A stretch of 64,000 bases of DNA from Escherichia coli (GTDB taxonomy: Bacteria; Pseudomonadota; Gammaproteobacteria; Enterobacterales; Enterobacteriaceae), in NCBI RefSeq assembly GCF_050920415.1, contig NZ_CP169309.1; one strand, given 5' to 3'. Under the pieces are notes generated by a model that had not been told where the DNA came from, made no database searches, and saw nothing but the letters and a program-made list of their open reading frames with translations. This document shows, piece by piece, positions 23,198 to 36,571 of this stretch (position 1 is the first letter of the stretch; every line of letters begins with the position of its first letter). The position numbers were made by a program, and so were the translations under genes.

Positions 23198-24367
23198 TTA
23201 CAGGCCATCAAGACCGCGAATCGGTTTAATGGTTGACCAGGCCCGACAAGATGGACAATGCCAGTAGAGGGTGTATGCGGTAAAACCACATTTCTGGCAG
23301 CGATAACGAGGCTTACTACGCACCTTCTCGCCAACCATGTCACGCAGCACCATCAGACTCTCTTTGGCACGCCCTTCTTCCGCTTCATTTAAGTGGTAAT
23401 CCATTAGCTTATGGAACACACGCATGGTCGGATGACGCTGAAGCTGACGCGTAATATAGACCTGTGCGGCCTCACTACCGTCGCGCGCTTCGATGATGTC
23501 CGCAAGCATTAGTTCAGCATCGGCACCGGTGTTCTCTTCCACCGCGCGCTGCAGGAACTCAGCCCATTCGGCAGTTTTACCCAACTGCTGGTAGCAGGTT
23601 TGCAGCATTTCCAGCGTTTCGCTGACCAGTTCTCTGTCCTGGGATATCACGCGTTGCAAACTTTCGACGGCTTTGGCGTATTCTCCTTTCGCCATAAATA
23701 CGCGTCCCATCATGATGGATACGCGGGCGCTGTTTTTATCTGCCGCTGCACCTTTTTTTAACAAGGCCATGGCACGATCGAGATCGTCGCTGGCCATATG
23801 CTGTAGGGCTAACTCGCAGTAGAAATGAGCAATTTCGACGCGCTGCTTATCTTTACCCAGCTTCACCAGGCGTTCGGCAACATCAATTGCTTTCTGCCAC
23901 TCGCTGGTAGCCTGGTAGATTTGTAGCAGTTGTTGCAGCGCACCAATGCGGAAGTCAGTTTCATCGGTCAACTGATTGAACATGTCTTCCGCGCGGTCGT
24001 ATAACCCGGCGGCCATGTAATCACGCCCCAGTTGTTGAATCGCCAACAGACGCTGTTCATAGGTCAGCGAGGCGCTTTCCATTAGGGTCTGATGGATGCG
24101 AATAGCGCGATCAACTTCGCCACGCGAACGGAACAGGTTTCCGAGCGTAAGGTGGGCTTCAACGGTACCCGTATCCTCTTTAAGCATATCGAGAAACAGG
24201 TCTACCGCTTTATCCTGTTGATTACTAAGCAGAAAGTTAACCCCCGCTACGTAATCACGCGACAAGCGGTTGGCTTCATCTTGCTTGTTTTGTTGCGCAC
24301 TTCTGCGGCCCATATACCAGCCATAGGCAGCGGCTACAGGCAAAAGCAGAAACAACAACTCCAGCAT
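23198..24367 (-). CDS. lapB: LPS assembly protein B (TPR repeats plus C-terminal rubredoxin-like CxxC...CxxC)
   Basis: 389 aa; N-terminal TM, TPR-like repeats, C-terminal CQKCGFTAYTLYWHCPSC. Confidence 0.92.
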   Translation of the reverse strand: MLELLFLLLPVAAAYGWYMGRRSAQQNKQDEANRLSRDYVAGVNFLLSNQQDKAVDLFLDMLKEDTGTVEAHLTLGNLFRSRGEVDRAIRIHQTLMESASLTYEQRLLAIQQLGRDYMAAGLYDRAEDMFNQLTDETDFRIGALQQLLQIYQATSEWQKAIDVAERLVKLGKDKQRVEIAHFYCELALQHMASDDLDRAMALLKKGAAADKNSARVSIMMGRVFMAKGEYAKAVESLQRVISQDRELVSETLEMLQTCYQQLGKTAEWAEFLQRAVEENTGADAELMLADIIEARDGSEAAQVYITRQLQRHPTMRVFHKLMDYHLNEAEEGRAKESLMVLRDMVGEKVRSKPRYRCQKCGFTAYTLYWHCPSCRAWSTIKPIRGLDGL

Positions 24368-24373
24368 AGAAAG

Positions 24374-24682
24374 TTATTCCTTCGCCGCTGACGAATGCGG
24401 CGCTACAGCCACGTCAGTCGCGGGTGAAAGCTGGTTTTCCAGTCGCTTTATTTTACGTTCAGCGCGCGCCAGGGAAACACGAACTCGCAGCCAGAACAGG
24501 CCGCAAATCAGCCAACCGATAGCAAACCCCGCAGCAAACAATACCGCCAGCAATGTGGAAATACGGTACTCCCCTTGCGCTAACAGATAATTAAACGTCA
24601 CCTGTTGATCGTTCTGCGCACCCAACGTGACCGAAATCACGAAGATCGCTAACACCAGTAAGAAAATGAGTAAATATTTCAC
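24374..24682 (-). CDS. lapA: LPS assembly protein A
   Basis: 102-aa small membrane protein immediately upstream of lapB. Confidence 0.88.
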   Translation of the reverse strand: MKYLLIFLLVLAIFVISVTLGAQNDQQVTFNYLLAQGEYRISTLLAVLFAAGFAIGWLICGLFWLRVRVSLARAERKIKRLENQLSPATDVAVAPHSSAAKE

Positions 24683-24830
24683 ATTACTTCCCGTTATGTG
24701 GTTAGAGCGAATAAATTATGGTCAACTTACCGCAATAGCCCTTTAAAGTACCATTTTCGCGCCGTCTGCGAAATGGCAACCACGCGCATTGTTGATGATT
24801 TAAGGGCTAAATTCAGAAAATCAACCAGCG

Positions 24831-25595
24831 TTAACTTTCTTGTTCTCGTTGTGCAATTTCGCGATTTTCTTCCGCAGGTGGTGTTAATGGCCCACAAATT
24901 CGTTGCGCAAGCCACGTTGCCACCGCCACCAGCGCCCACGAAATCAACGTAGCTACCACCAGATCGCGTGGCCAATGCATCCCGAGCAGCAGGCGGCTTC
25001 CCATGACTCCGGTTGCCCAGACCAGCAAGATAGCAATAGTTAACGTTCGCCGACGCGGCCATAGCAAACCAACGGCCAGCAGCGCCCAACTGGCAGCAAA
25101 CATCGTGTGACCGGAAGGAAAGGCAAACCCCGTCTCTTTCTGCCAGTGTGAACGCAAATATTGTGGGATATTATTCTCTTCAGCCAACTGTTCTTTCACT
25201 AAATTTCCGCGTTCTGCTCGCTTTAAAGTGTAGAACTCATCAACCGGAATATGATGTGTTTTTTCCAGCCAGATTACAAAAGGTCGTGGTTCCTGGACTT
25301 TGTCTTTGATCCAGGATTTAACGCCTTGTCCCACAAGGATTGCCGCCGCCAGAATGGCAAATAACATAATGGCAGCCTTAATGCGAAAACGCAGACACCA
25401 GAGAAACCAGCCGAATAAAATCAAATGTGTAATGACGCCCCAGGGCTGAGTGACAGTTTCAGTAACCCAAAAAGCCGCTTTTAGTAGCCAACTTTGTTCT
25501 CCAGGTTGCCAACGCCAGCCAGAAATCCATACGGCTACCGGCATAACAAGCAATAGTGCAGCTCCCACTGCGGTACGTCTGGCAATCGAACGCAT
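24831..25595 (-). CDS. pgpB: phosphatidylglycerophosphatase B (PAP2 family)
   Basis: 254-aa polytopic membrane protein with PAP2 motifs (PSGH, SRLLLGMHWPRD). Confidence 0.92.
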   Translation of the reverse strand: MRSIARRTAVGAALLLVMPVAVWISGWRWQPGEQSWLLKAAFWVTETVTQPWGVITHLILFGWFLWCLRFRIKAAIMLFAILAAAILVGQGVKSWIKDKVQEPRPFVIWLEKTHHIPVDEFYTLKRAERGNLVKEQLAEENNIPQYLRSHWQKETGFAFPSGHTMFAASWALLAVGLLWPRRRTLTIAILLVWATGVMGSRLLLGMHWPRDLVVATLISWALVAVATWLAQRICGPLTPPAEENREIAQREQES

Positions 25596-25764
25596 GGCAT
25601 CTCCTTTTTGATAAGTCCCACAATCATAACTGAAAATGCCAGTTCCAGGAAAAATTGACAGATTTGTGCCATTCCGTGAACGATCGACGCGTCGTGATTA
25701 GGTGAACCCCTTCTCGTTATGGCAAAATAAGCCAATACAGAACCAGCATTATCTGGAGAATTTC

Positions 25765-26355
25765 ATGCAGCTTAAACGTGTGGCAGAAGCCAAACTGCCA
25801 ACCCCATGGGGCGATTTCCTGATGGTGGGATTTGAAGAACTGGCAACCGGACACGATCATGTCGCGCTAGTCTATGGCGATATTTCCGGGCATACCCCGG
25901 TACTTGCGCGCGTCCATTCCGAATGTCTGACCGGTGACGCCCTGTTCAGCTTGCGCTGCGATTGTGGCTTCCAGCTCGAAGCGGCACTGACGCAAATTGC
26001 CGAAGAAGGCCGTGGTATTTTGCTGTATCACCGTCAGGAAGGTCGTAACATTGGTCTGCTGAATAAAATCCGCGCTTATGCACTGCAGGATCAAGGTTAC
26101 GATACTGTAGAGGCTAACCACCAGTTAGGCTTCGCCGCTGATGAGCGCGACTTCACTCTTTGCGCTGATATGTTCAAACTCCTTGGCGTCAATGAAGTCC
26201 GCTTGTTAACCAACAACCCGAAAAAAGTCGAAATTCTGACCGAAGCAGGGATTAATATTGTTGAACGCGTACCGTTGATTGTAGGTCGTAACCCCAATAA
26301 CGAACATTATCTCGATACCAAAGCCGAGAAAATGGGTCATTTGCTGAACAAATAA
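25765..26355 (+). CDS. ribA: GTP cyclohydrolase II
   Basis: ORF trimmed to [18 protein letters not shown]..., 196 aa; CxxC...C zinc motif. Confidence 0.93.
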
Positions 26356-26375
26356 CCCTCTTGCATTGTTTAATT

Positions 26376-26413
26376 CATTTGCTTGCCGGAAGCAAAATAA
26401 CCGGCAAGCAAAT
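26376..26413. terminator. bidirectional hairpin between convergent ribA and acnA
   Basis: Inverted repeat catttgcttgccgg / ccggcaagcaaat. Confidence 0.6.
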
Positions 26414-26418
26414 ACTCG

Positions 26419-29094
26419 TTACTTCAACATATTACGAATGACATAATGCAAAATGCCGTCGTTCTGGTAGTAAGTCAACTCCGTCGCGGTGTCGATACGA
26501 CAACAGCAGGGTACGACTTCCTGGCTACCATCCGCGCGCGTAAACGTCACCGGAACCGTCGCACCGGGTTGTAGACTTTGCAGATCGACAATATCAATCT
26601 TCTCTTCCCCGATTAGCCCTAACGTTTTACGCGTCACGCCTAGCGGAAATTCCAGCGGCAGGATGCCCATGCCAATTAAATTCGAACGGTGAATTCGTTC
26701 AAACGATTCGGCAATCACAACACGAATACCAAGCAGACGCGGACCTTTTGCTGCCCAGTCACGGCTGGAGCCTGATCCATACTCTTTCCCGGCAATCACC
26801 GCCAGCGGCGTTTGCTCCTGCTTATAGCGCATCGCGGCATCATAAATAGAGACGACATCACTGTCAGGTAGATGCCGCGTCATCCCCCCTTCAACGCCAG
26901 GCACCATTTCATTACGAATGCGAATATTGGCGAAGGTGCCGCGCATCATCACTTCATGGTTACCACGCCGCGAACCGTAGGAGTTAAAGTCTTTGCGCTC
27001 AACACCCCGACCTTGTAGATATCGCCCCGCCGGGCTATCGGGCTTAATGCTGCCCGCCGGAGAAATGTGGTCAGTGGTAACCGAATCCCCCAGCATTGCG
27101 AGGATCCGCGCACCGTGAATATCTTCCACAGGTGCTGGTGTTGCCTGCATTTCATCAAAGAAAGGCGATAAGCGAATATAGGTTGAATCCTCCTGCCAAC
27201 CGTAGGTATCGGATCGCGCAACGTTAATCTCTTTCCATTCCGCCGTGCCTTCAAAAACTTCTGCGTACTCTTTGCGGAACATTTCTGTGGAGACTTGTTC
27301 TACCGCACGGGCAATTTCTTGTGCCGATGGCCAGATATCTTTCAGATATACCGGATCGCCTTTACGATCGTGACCAATAGGCTCAGAAGTGAGGTTAATA
27401 TTCATATTTCCCGCCAGCGCATAGGCAACCACCAGCGGCGGCGAGGCCAGCCAGTTAGTTTTAACCAGCGGATGGATACGGCCTTCAAAGTTACGGTTGC
27501 CGGACAGCACCGCACCGACGGTTAAATCGCCTTTTTTGATTGCCGTTTCGATAGGATCGGGCAATGGACCAGAGTTACCAATACAGGTGGTACAACCGTA
27601 TCCCACAAGGTTAAATCCCAGTTCATCCAGATACGGTGTCAGTTTCGCTTTTGCCAGATAATCAGAAACGACTTTCGAGCCTGGTGCCAGCGACGCTTTG
27701 ACCCACGGTTGCCGCTTGAGGCCCAGAGTTACAGCTTTTTTCGCCAGCAAACCTGCGGCCATCAGCACACTTGGGTTAGAGGTGTTGGTGCACGACGTTA
27801 TCGCAGCAATGACCACCGCGCCATCAGGTAACTGATACTGATGTCCGTTCATAACATAATCGACCGGCTGGCGATCTTTATGCGTGGCATTTACTTCCAG
27901 TTCGTTACTGGCGGCAAATGCTTTTGGTACATCGGGCAGTGCAACGCGATCCTGTGGGCGTTTTGGCCCTGCCAGGCTCGCTTCAACGTCATTCATATCC
28001 AGTTCTAACGTACTGGTAAAAATCGGTTCATCGCCCGGGTTACGCCACATGCCCTGCGCTTTGGCATATTTTTCGACCAACTCGACCTGATCTTCGCTGC
28101 GCCCGCTTAAACGCATGTAATCGAGGGTGACAGCATCGATTGGGAAGAAGCCACAGGTGGCACCATATTCTGGCGACATATTGGCAATGGTGGCGCGATC
28201 CGCCAGCGGTAGTGAATCCAGCCCATCACCATAAAATTCGACGAATTTCCCCACCACGCCATGTTTGCGCAGCATTTGGGTAACGGTGAGAACCAGGTCT
28301 GTGGCGGTAATACCTTCACGTAATTTTCCGGTGAGTTTAAAGCCCACTACGTCCGGGATAAGCATGGAAACCGGCTGGCCTAACATTGCGGCTTCGGCTT
28401 CGATCCCACCAACGCCCCACCCCAGCACGCCAAGGCCGTTGATCATGGTGGTGTGCGAGTCAGTACCAACGAGTGTATCCGGATAAGCAATCCATTCACC
28501 GTCCTGCAATTCGCTCCACACTGCTTTGCCGAGATATTCGAGGTTAACCTGATGGCAAATGCCTGTGCCTGGCGGCACGACGCTAAAACGACTGAACGCC
28601 TGCTTTCCCCATTTCAGGAACACATAACGTTCGTGGTTGCGCTCCATTTCCAGGCGCACGTTTTCTTCAAATGCCTCATCATCACCAAAACGATCGACGG
28701 TCACCGAGTGGTCAATGACCAGGTCGACCGGTGAGAGCGGGTTAACCTTTGCAGTATCGCCGCCGAGGCGTTTAACCGCTTCGCGCATTGCCGCCAGATC
28801 AACAACGGCAGGTACGCCGGTAAAGTCCTGCATCAGCACCCTTGCCGGGCGGTAGGCAATTTCACGGTCAGCATGGGCATTTTTCAGCCATCCCACCAGC
28901 GCGTAGATATCCTCTTCGGTAACCGAGTTACCATCCTGCCAGCGCAGCAGGTTTTCGAGCAAAACTTTGAGTGACTTAGGCAGACGGGTGATATCGCCCA
29001 GTGATTTGGCAGCAAGCGGCAGGCTGTAGTAGTGGTAAGTTTTATCTTTGGCCTGCAACGTGTCCTTACTGGCTTCTCGTAGGGTTGACGACAT
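26419..29094 (-). CDS. acnA: aconitate hydratase A
   Basis: 891-aa ORF; aconitase/IRP family. Confidence 0.96.
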   Translation of the reverse strand: MSSTLREASKDTLQAKDKTYHYYSLPLAAKSLGDITRLPKSLKVLLENLLRWQDGNSVTEEDIYALVGWLKNAHADREIAYRPARVLMQDFTGVPAVVDLAAMREAVKRLGGDTAKVNPLSPVDLVIDHSVTVDRFGDDEAFEENVRLEMERNHERYVFLKWGKQAFSRFSVVPPGTGICHQVNLEYLGKAVWSELQDGEWIAYPDTLVGTDSHTTMINGLGVLGWGVGGIEAEAAMLGQPVSMLIPDVVGFKLTGKLREGITATDLVLTVTQMLRKHGVVGKFVEFYGDGLDSLPLADRATIANMSPEYGATCGFFPIDAVTLDYMRLSGRSEDQVELVEKYAKAQGMWRNPGDEPIFTSTLELDMNDVEASLAGPKRPQDRVALPDVPKAFAASNELEVNATHKDRQPVDYVMNGHQYQLPDGAVVIAAITSCTNTSNPSVLMAAGLLAKKAVTLGLKRQPWVKASLAPGSKVVSDYLAKAKLTPYLDELGFNLVGYGCTTCIGNSGPLPDPIETAIKKGDLTVGAVLSGNRNFEGRIHPLVKTNWLASPPLVVAYALAGNMNINLTSEPIGHDRKGDPVYLKDIWPSAQEIARAVEQVSTEMFRKEYAEVFEGTAEWKEINVARSDTYGWQEDSTYIRLSPFFDEMQATPAPVEDIHGARILAMLGDSVTTDHISPAGSIKPDSPAGRYLQGRGVERKDFNSYGSRRGNHEVMMRGTFANIRIRNEMVPGVEGGMTRHLPDSDVVSIYDAAMRYKQEQTPLAVIAGKEYGSGSSRDWAAKGPRLLGIRVVIAESFERIHRSNLIGMGILPLEFPLGVTRKTLGLIGEEKIDIVDLQSLQPGATVPVTFTRADGSQEVVPCCCRIDTATELTYYQNDGILHYVIRNMLK

Positions 29095-29466
29095 AGCTCC
29101 TCCTTAATGACAGGGTTGCGAAGCCCTGATTCTCTTCAGGGTGAATATTAAAGATAACACAAACATTGCGTAACGATTTGATAACAACCCAAATTGATAA
29201 AAGAGGAGAAACCTTGTGGCAAAGCAAATGAAAACCCCGCCGCAGCGGGGTCAGGGATCAGTGAGTAATGATCCAGAGGAGTTCGGCCCAGAAGAGCATC
29301 GACAGAGAAAATGCGCCCATCCAGGACCAATATTTCATATTTGTGTTGATCATAGGCTACACCCTTAACGGTTATTACTTTGTGTTGAGATAACTCAACC
29401 TGTTATTGCTGCGGTGTATTAAAAGCCCTTTAATTCATTAAAAATGGGTAATAAGAATGATGATAA

Positions 29467-29634
29467 TTATTGTTTCGGCTGATCATCTTCAGCAAACAGT
29501 TCTATAAAGGCTTGCTGCTGCGTTGTTAGTTGCCAGTCGTCTGGAATAACGACGGAACATTCCCGTTTCGTTACTGGTTCATTGTCACTATGCTGACATA
29601 ATTGTGACGACTCCAGTTGCTCCTGACCGACCAT
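29467..29634 (-). CDS. yciX: small protein YciX
   Basis: ORF trimmed to MVGQEQLESSQLCQHSDNEPVTKRECS..., 55 aa; directly downstream of ymiA. Confidence 0.7.
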   Translation of the reverse strand: MVGQEQLESSQLCQHSDNEPVTKRECSVVIPDDWQLTTQQQAFIELFAEDDQPKQ

Positions 29635-29636
29635 AG

Positions 29637-29765
29637 TTATCCCCACACTTTCCAAATCAGCAGTGCGACAACCCCCCAGAAAAGTGCAGAACCAAGAAAT
29701 ACCGCTAGCCAGGCTTTGCGTTTTAATTCAGGGTCCCGGCGGGGTTCCTGATTTCCAGAAGGCAT
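29637..29765 (-). CDS. ymiA: small membrane protein YmiA
   Basis: 42-codon ORF below the ORF-track threshold, read by hand: MPSGNQEPRRDPELKRKAWLAVFLGSALFWGVVALLIWKVWG. Confidence 0.7.
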   Translation of the reverse strand: MPSGNQEPRRDPELKRKAWLAVFLGSALFWGVVALLIWKVWG

Positions 29766-30049
29766 TGCTAACCTCATATAATCGCCATCACTTATCAGCA
29801 AGACGTTGAACGATTGGTGTAATTAATCATACGATGAGACAAATCCTAAAGAAACTTTAGTCAAAAATCCAGCGAATTTACGAATCGTCTCCAGTGAATA
29901 ATTCAATCTTTTGACCTGAAATAGATATTTGAAAACTGGAGTTTGCGAGGCGGGTAATTAGACACTACTTTACAGGTGATTTACCCTATAAATATGAGGG
30001 ATAAAAATATTGTGCACGGTATACAAATAAGCAACAAAAGAGAATATAT

Positions 30050-30080
30050 TCCGGCACCTTCGCTACATAAAAGGTGCCGA
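30050..30080 (-). terminator. hairpin downstream of cysB
   Basis: cggcacctt...aaggtgccg inverted repeat 16 nt after the cysB stop. Confidence 0.5.
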
Positions 30081-30095
30081 AAATAACGCAAGAAA

Positions 30096-31094
<999 letters not shown>

Positions 31095-31221
31095 TCAGAA
31101 CATCGTTTTTTCGTCACACCTGGCGGGTGACTAATACGATTTAATAATAAAAAATGTGCTAACTATAACCACTATATCATTTATAGCCTTAGTGTATAGG
31201 TGTGAAGAAAAAATAATATGC

Positions 31222-31252
31222 AATAAAAAAGGGCCGCTTTCGCGACCCTTTG
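31222..31252 (-). terminator. rho-independent terminator of topA
   Basis: Minus-strand hairpin aagggtcgcg-aaa-gcggccctt followed by tttttt. Confidence 0.7.
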
Positions 31253-31279
31253 TTTATAATAACCTGACAGGATTAAAGG

Positions 31280-33877
31280 TTATTTTTTCCCTTCAACCCA
31301 TTTGCCATCAACATAAAATGCTGACCAGCCAGTCGCCTTTCCGTCTTTTTCCGAAGAGACATATTGCTGTTTGGTTTTACGGCTAAAGCGAACCATGGTC
31401 TTATTACCTTCCGGATCCTGCTGTGGCGCATCGGCCAGATAACGCAGTTTTTCCGGCAGACGGTCGCGGAAGCGATAAAGCTCTTCCACCAGTGGCGCAC
31501 GTGTTTCACGCGATTTCGGGAAGGTATTGGCCGCCAGGAACACACCGGCAGCACCGTCACGCAGCACGAAATAAGCATCTGATTTTTCGCACGGCAGCTC
31601 CGGTAATGGCACCGGATCTTCCTTCGGTGGTGCCACTTCGCCGTTACGTAAAATCTTACGTGTGTTTTTACACTCTTCGTTAGTGCAGGCCATGTATTTA
31701 CCGAAACGCCCCATTTTCAGGTGCATTTCAGATCCACATTTTTCACACTCAACGATCGGGCCGTCATAACCTTTAATGCGGAATTCGCCCTCTTCGATCT
31801 CGTAACCGTCGCAGGTTGGGTTATTACCACAGACATGCAACTTACGTTTCGGATCGATGAGATAGCTGTCCATCGCCGTGCCGCATTTCGGGCAACGACG
31901 TTTTGCGCGCAGCGCGTTGGTTTCAGCGTCTTCACCTTCCAGCACGTTTAGCACTTCGTTTTCCGGCACCAGGTTGATGGTGGTTTTGCAACGCTCTTTC
32001 GGTGGCAGAGCGTAGCCGGAACAGCCAAGGAATACCCCGGTGCTCGCTGTGCGAATACCCATTTTGCGACCACAGGTCGGGCAGTCGATGCTGGTCAGAA
32101 CCATCTGGTTCGGGCGCATACCCCCCTCTTCGGGATCTTTTTCAGCTTTATCTAACTGCTGGGTGAAATCCGAGAAGAAGTGATCCAGTACAGCTTTCCA
32201 CTCTGCTTCGTGATTTGCCACCTGGTCGAGGCTGTTTTCCATCTGTGCGGTGAAGTCGTAGTTCATTAACTCACGGAAATTCTCTTCCAGGCGATCGGTG
32301 ACGATTTCGCCCATTTTTTCCGCATAGAAACGACGATTTTCTACTCGCACATAGCCACGATCCTGAATGGTCGAAATGATCGACGCGTAGGTAGACGGAC
32401 GACCGATACCGCGTTTTTCCAGCTCTTTAACCAGCGATGCTTCACTGAAACGGGCTGGCGGCTTGGTAAAGTGCTGGGCTGGTGTCAGTTCAACGAGCGT
32501 CAGAGCATCGCCTTTATCGACTGCCGGTAAGATACGATCTTCATCGCCTTTACGCAGCGCAGGCATCACTTTCGTCCAGCCATCAAAGCGCAAAATACGA
32601 CCGCGTGCTTTCAGGCGGAAATCGCCCGCACCAACGGTCAGCGTCGTGGAGTCATATTTCGCTGGGGTCATCTGGCAGGCAACGAACTGACGCCAGATTA
32701 ACTGGTACAGTTTCTGCGCATCTGCTTCCATATCCTTCAGCGATTCCGCCATCACATTGACGTCAGAAGGACGAATCGCTTCGTGCGCTTCCTGTGAGTT
32801 TTCTTTGCTGGCGTACTGATTCGGACTTTCCGGCAGATATTTCTTACCAAAATTATCGCTGATATAACCGCGAACCATATTTACTGCGTCCTGACTCAGG
32901 TTGGTGGAGTCGGTACGCATGTAAGTGATATAGCCTGCTTCATACAAACGCTGCGCCATCATCATGGTTTTTTTCACGCCAAAACCAAGACGGGTGCTGG
33001 CAGCTTGTTGCAGCGTAGAGGTAATAAAAGGAGCGCCAGGTTTACTGGTTGTCGGTTTGTCTTCACGTTCCAGCACGCTGTAGCGCGCTTTTTCCAGCAG
33101 ACTTACCGCAGCCTGAGTTTGTTCTTTGTTGACCGGGCGGAACGGTTTGTCGTTCTGATGAGTCACCTGCAACGCCAACGCATCACCAGATGGCGTGGTC
33201 GTGCTGGCATCGACTTCCCAGAACTCTTCCGGTACGAACGCTTTAATTTCACGCTCACGCTCGACCACCAGGCGGACCGCCACCGACTGCACACGACCTG
33301 CAGACAGACCACGAGCGATCTTTTTCCACAGCAGCGGCGAAACCATATATCCCACCACGCGGTCCATAAAGCGACGCGCCTGCTGGGCATTAACACGATC
33401 AATATTCAGCTCACCTGGTTTGTTAAATGCCTGGCGGATCGCGTTTTTAGTAATTTCGTTAAACACCACTCGGCTATAGCGCGCATCATCACCACCAATC
33501 ACTTCCCGCAGGTGCCATGCAATGGCTTCCCCTTCGCGGTCAAGGTCGGTTGCGAGATAGATGTGGTCTGCTTTTTCAGCCAGTTGTTTCAGTTCAGAGA
33601 CGACCTTCTCTTTACCAGGCAGCACTTCATAGTGCGCCTCCCAATTGTGCCACGGGTCAACCCCCATACGGTTGACGAGAGCGCCACGTTCATCCTTTTT
33701 AGGCTTTTTAGCCGTCTTGGTGGAGGTAGAGTCGGCACTCTTTTTGGCAGCTGAGCCACTGGTCGGCAAATCGCGGATGTGACCGACGCTGGATTTCACC
33801 ACGTAGTCACTACCCAGATACTTGTTGATCGTTTTGGCTTTTGCCGGGGACTCAACGATGACAAGAGCTTTACCCAT
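31280..33877 (-). CDS. topA: DNA topoisomerase I
   Basis: ORF trimmed to [22 protein letters not shown]..., 865 aa; C-terminal zinc ribbons. Confidence 0.96.
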   Translation of the reverse strand: MGKALVIVESPAKAKTINKYLGSDYVVKSSVGHIRDLPTSGSAAKKSADSTSTKTAKKPKKDERGALVNRMGVDPWHNWEAHYEVLPGKEKVVSELKQLAEKADHIYLATDLDREGEAIAWHLREVIGGDDARYSRVVFNEITKNAIRQAFNKPGELNIDRVNAQQARRFMDRVVGYMVSPLLWKKIARGLSAGRVQSVAVRLVVEREREIKAFVPEEFWEVDASTTTPSGDALALQVTHQNDKPFRPVNKEQTQAAVSLLEKARYSVLEREDKPTTSKPGAPFITSTLQQAASTRLGFGVKKTMMMAQRLYEAGYITYMRTDSTNLSQDAVNMVRGYISDNFGKKYLPESPNQYASKENSQEAHEAIRPSDVNVMAESLKDMEADAQKLYQLIWRQFVACQMTPAKYDSTTLTVGAGDFRLKARGRILRFDGWTKVMPALRKGDEDRILPAVDKGDALTLVELTPAQHFTKPPARFSEASLVKELEKRGIGRPSTYASIISTIQDRGYVRVENRRFYAEKMGEIVTDRLEENFRELMNYDFTAQMENSLDQVANHEAEWKAVLDHFFSDFTQQLDKAEKDPEEGGMRPNQMVLTSIDCPTCGRKMGIRTASTGVFLGCSGYALPPKERCKTTINLVPENEVLNVLEGEDAETNALRAKRRCPKCGTAMDSYLIDPKRKLHVCGNNPTCDGYEIEEGEFRIKGYDGPIVECEKCGSEMHLKMGRFGKYMACTNEECKNTRKILRNGEVAPPKEDPVPLPELPCEKSDAYFVLRDGAAGVFLAANTFPKSRETRAPLVEELYRFRDRLPEKLRYLADAPQQDPEGNKTMVRFSRKTKQQYVSSEKDGKATGWSAFYVDGKWVEGKK

Positions 33878-34256
33878 ATTCACCTTACCTAATTTGATTC
33901 TTCCAGGAATGCGTCGCACGTTGATAAACCTTCCACTGGCAACGAGTTACCGATATGGACTCGTTCTCTGCGGATATCAACCCCTTGTCGTGACTCTGTT
34001 CACGAAAATTCAGGTGACTGAGTTAACAGGTCTTGGCCTACAGGCGCTATAGCACGACGGAATTTTGGTCGAATGTCAAGCAAATCTATTGCCAGATTGA
34101 CGAAAGCGTCACACTGTACCTGATAAAATCCGATACGCAACTTTATTAGCATGCAAAATCCAAAGTTACCAGTAAGGCGCTCTTGCCACCAGCGTGGTAT
34201 ATTTGTCTGCAAGCCATGCCTGGCGTAGACTAATGTCCTTGTTTAAGGAGTAAATA

Positions 34257-34508
34257 ATGAACAAAGAGACACAACCCATCGACCGCGAAACGCTGTTGAA
34301 AGAGGCCAATAAAATCATTCGTGAGCATGAGGATACGCTCGCAGGGATTGAAGCCACCGGCGTCACGCAGCGTAATGGCGTGCTGGTATTTACCGGCGAC
34401 TACTTTTTAGATGAACAAGGATTGCCAACAGCCAAAAGCACCGCGGTGTTTAATATGTTCAAACACCTGGCCCATGTGCTTTCAGAAAAATATCACCTGG
34501 TTGATTAA
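34257..34508 (+). CDS. yciN: small protein YciN (DUF2498)
   Basis: 83-aa [30 protein letters not shown]... Confidence 0.85.
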
Positions 34509-34511
34509 AGC

Positions 34512-34545
34512 AAAACGCGAGGTCTTACCCTCGCGTTTGTCTTTT
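34512..34545 (+). terminator. intrinsic terminator of yciN (overlaps the sohB stop)
   Basis: aaacgcgagg-tcttac-cctcgcgttt hairpin followed by gtctttt. Confidence 0.7.
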
Positions 34546-35593
34546 ACATCAATGGCTTTTGCCCCCGCTGCCACCAGCGTAGCAACAATCGATCAGCGCT
34601 CTCTGCCGCGCTGCCGGTGAATCGGTCAATGAGTCGTTTACGCTGCATATAGCGTACATTGACCACTTCACGGCCTTCCATCAGGCTAAGAATAACTTCA
34701 TCACTGGTGTTGATTTCATCAACCAGGCCTTTCTCTACCGCCTGTTGTCCGTACCAGTGTTCACCCGTTGCCACCTGTTCAATATCCAGAGACGGACGCA
34801 TACGCTTCACAAAATCTTTAAATAACTGATGCGTTTCGTTCAGCTCTTCGCGGAATTTCTCCCGCCCTTCTTCGGTGTTTTCACCCAGCAAGGTCAGCGT
34901 GCGCTTATACTGCCCGGCGGTGTGCAGTTCGATATCAATATCTTTGCTTTTCAGGAAGCGGTTAAAGTTGGGCATTTGCGCCACCACCCCAATGGAACCC
35001 ACAATAGCAAACGGTGCGGAAACAATTTTGTCCGCCACACAGGCCATCATGTAACCGCCGCTGGCAGCAACTTTGTCTACCGTAACAGTTAAAGGAATGT
35101 TTTTATCACGCAGACGCTGCAGCTGCGAAGCCGCCAGCCCGTAACCATGCACCATGCCACCAGGGCTTTCCAGACGTAGCACAACCTGATCCTGCGGTTT
35201 AAATGCTGCGAGTACCGCCGTTATCTCTTCACGTAGCGAGTTCACTTCATGGGCGTCCATGCTGCCTTTAAAATCCAGCACCCAGACGCGAGGTTTACTG
35301 TCAGTTGCCACCTCGCCCAGTTTGGCTTTCGCTTTTGCGGCTTTCGCTTCTTGCTTGTGCTTTTTCTTCTGCGCTTTATGCCACTGTTTTTGCTGATGAG
35401 TGTCCATCAGCGCCGCGGCCAGTTCTTCTTTCATCTCCTTATACTGTTCGCTGAGATTGTTGACCCGTAACTCGCCACGCTGGCGTTTATTACGTTGAGC
35501 AACATTGACAATAATGGCGGCAATCGCCGCAATCGCTAGCACAACGGTAACGATTTTCGCCAAAAACAAACCATATTCAGACAACAATTCCAC
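34544..35593 (-). CDS. sohB: S49-family inner-membrane peptidase
   Basis: 349-aa ORF with N-terminal TM and ClpP/SppA-like domain. Confidence 0.92.
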   Translation of the reverse strand: MELLSEYGLFLAKIVTVVLAIAAIAAIIVNVAQRNKRQRGELRVNNLSEQYKEMKEELAAALMDTHQQKQWHKAQKKKHKQEAKAAKAKAKLGEVATDSKPRVWVLDFKGSMDAHEVNSLREEITAVLAAFKPQDQVVLRLESPGGMVHGYGLAASQLQRLRDKNIPLTVTVDKVAASGGYMMACVADKIVSAPFAIVGSIGVVAQMPNFNRFLKSKDIDIELHTAGQYKRTLTLLGENTEEGREKFREELNETHQLFKDFVKRMRPSLDIEQVATGEHWYGQQAVEKGLVDEINTSDEVILSLMEGREVVNVRYMQRKRLIDRFTGSAAESADRLLLRWWQRGQKPLM

Positions 35594-35812
35594 GAGTCCC
35601 CACCTTGGTTAAACAACGCTTTGGCTCACAGTTTACAACAGGCATGTTAAGCCGTCTCGCAGAGATGTTATTGCAGCGAAAGTATGACAAAGTATCCATT
35701 TTGCGGTGTTATCGCCCCAGGCTGATTGAAATGCCCTTCTGTTTCAGGCATAAAGCCCCAAAGTCTTAAAGTACACTGGCAGCGCGACAGACAACGTCGT
35801 TGAGGAGTAGCC

Positions 35813-36571
35813 ATGCATTACCAGCCAAAACAAGATTTACTCAATGATCGCATTATCCTGGTGACGGGAGCCAGCAATGGTATTGGTCGTGAAGCCGCGA
35901 TGACGTATGCACGCTATGGTGCGACAGTGATTCTGTTGGGCCGTAATGAAGAAAAATTACGTCAGGTAGCCAGCCACATAAACGAAGAAACTGGGCGTCA
36001 GCCACAGTGGTTTATTCTCGATTTGCTGACCTGCACGTCCGAAGATTGCCAACAACTGGCACAGCGCATTGCCGTTAATTATCCGCGTCTGGATGGTGTT
36101 TTGCATAATGCCGGATTGCTCGGCGATGTTTGCCCAATGAGCGAGCAAAACCCGCAGGTCTGGCAGGACGTCATGCAGGTCAACGTTAATGCCACCTTTA
36201 TGCTCACCCAGGCACTGCTTCCTTTATTACTCAAATCGGACGCCGGTTCACTGGTCTTTACTTCATCAAGCGTTGGACGTCAGGGGCGTGCAAACTGGGG
36301 CGCTTATGCAGCGTCGAAATTTGCCACCGAAGGGATGATGCAGGTACTGGCCGATGAATATCAGCAGCGCCTGCGCGTCAACTGCATTAACCCAGGTGGT
36401 ACGCGCACCGCAATGCGCGCAAGCGCCTTCCCGACCGAAGATCCACAGAAACTTAAAACACCCGCTGATATCATGCCGCTCTACCTCTGGCTGATGGGCG
36501 ATGACAGCCGCCGTAAAACCGGCATGACCTTTGACGCCCAACCGGGCCGTAAACCAGGAATATCCCAATGA
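35813..36571 (+). CDS. yciK: short-chain dehydrogenase/reductase
   Basis: 252 aa; TGASNGIGRE Rossmann motif. Confidence 0.9.
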   Translation: MHYQPKQDLLNDRIILVTGASNGIGREAAMTYARYGATVILLGRNEEKLRQVASHINEETGRQPQWFILDLLTCTSEDCQQLAQRIAVNYPRLDGVLHNAGLLGDVCPMSEQNPQVWQDVMQVNVNATFMLTQALLPLLLKSDAGSLVFTSSSVGRQGRANWGAYAASKFATEGMMQVLADEYQQRLRVNCINPGGTRTAMRASAFPTEDPQKLKTPADIMPLYLWLMGDDSRRKTGMTFDAQPGRKPGISQ

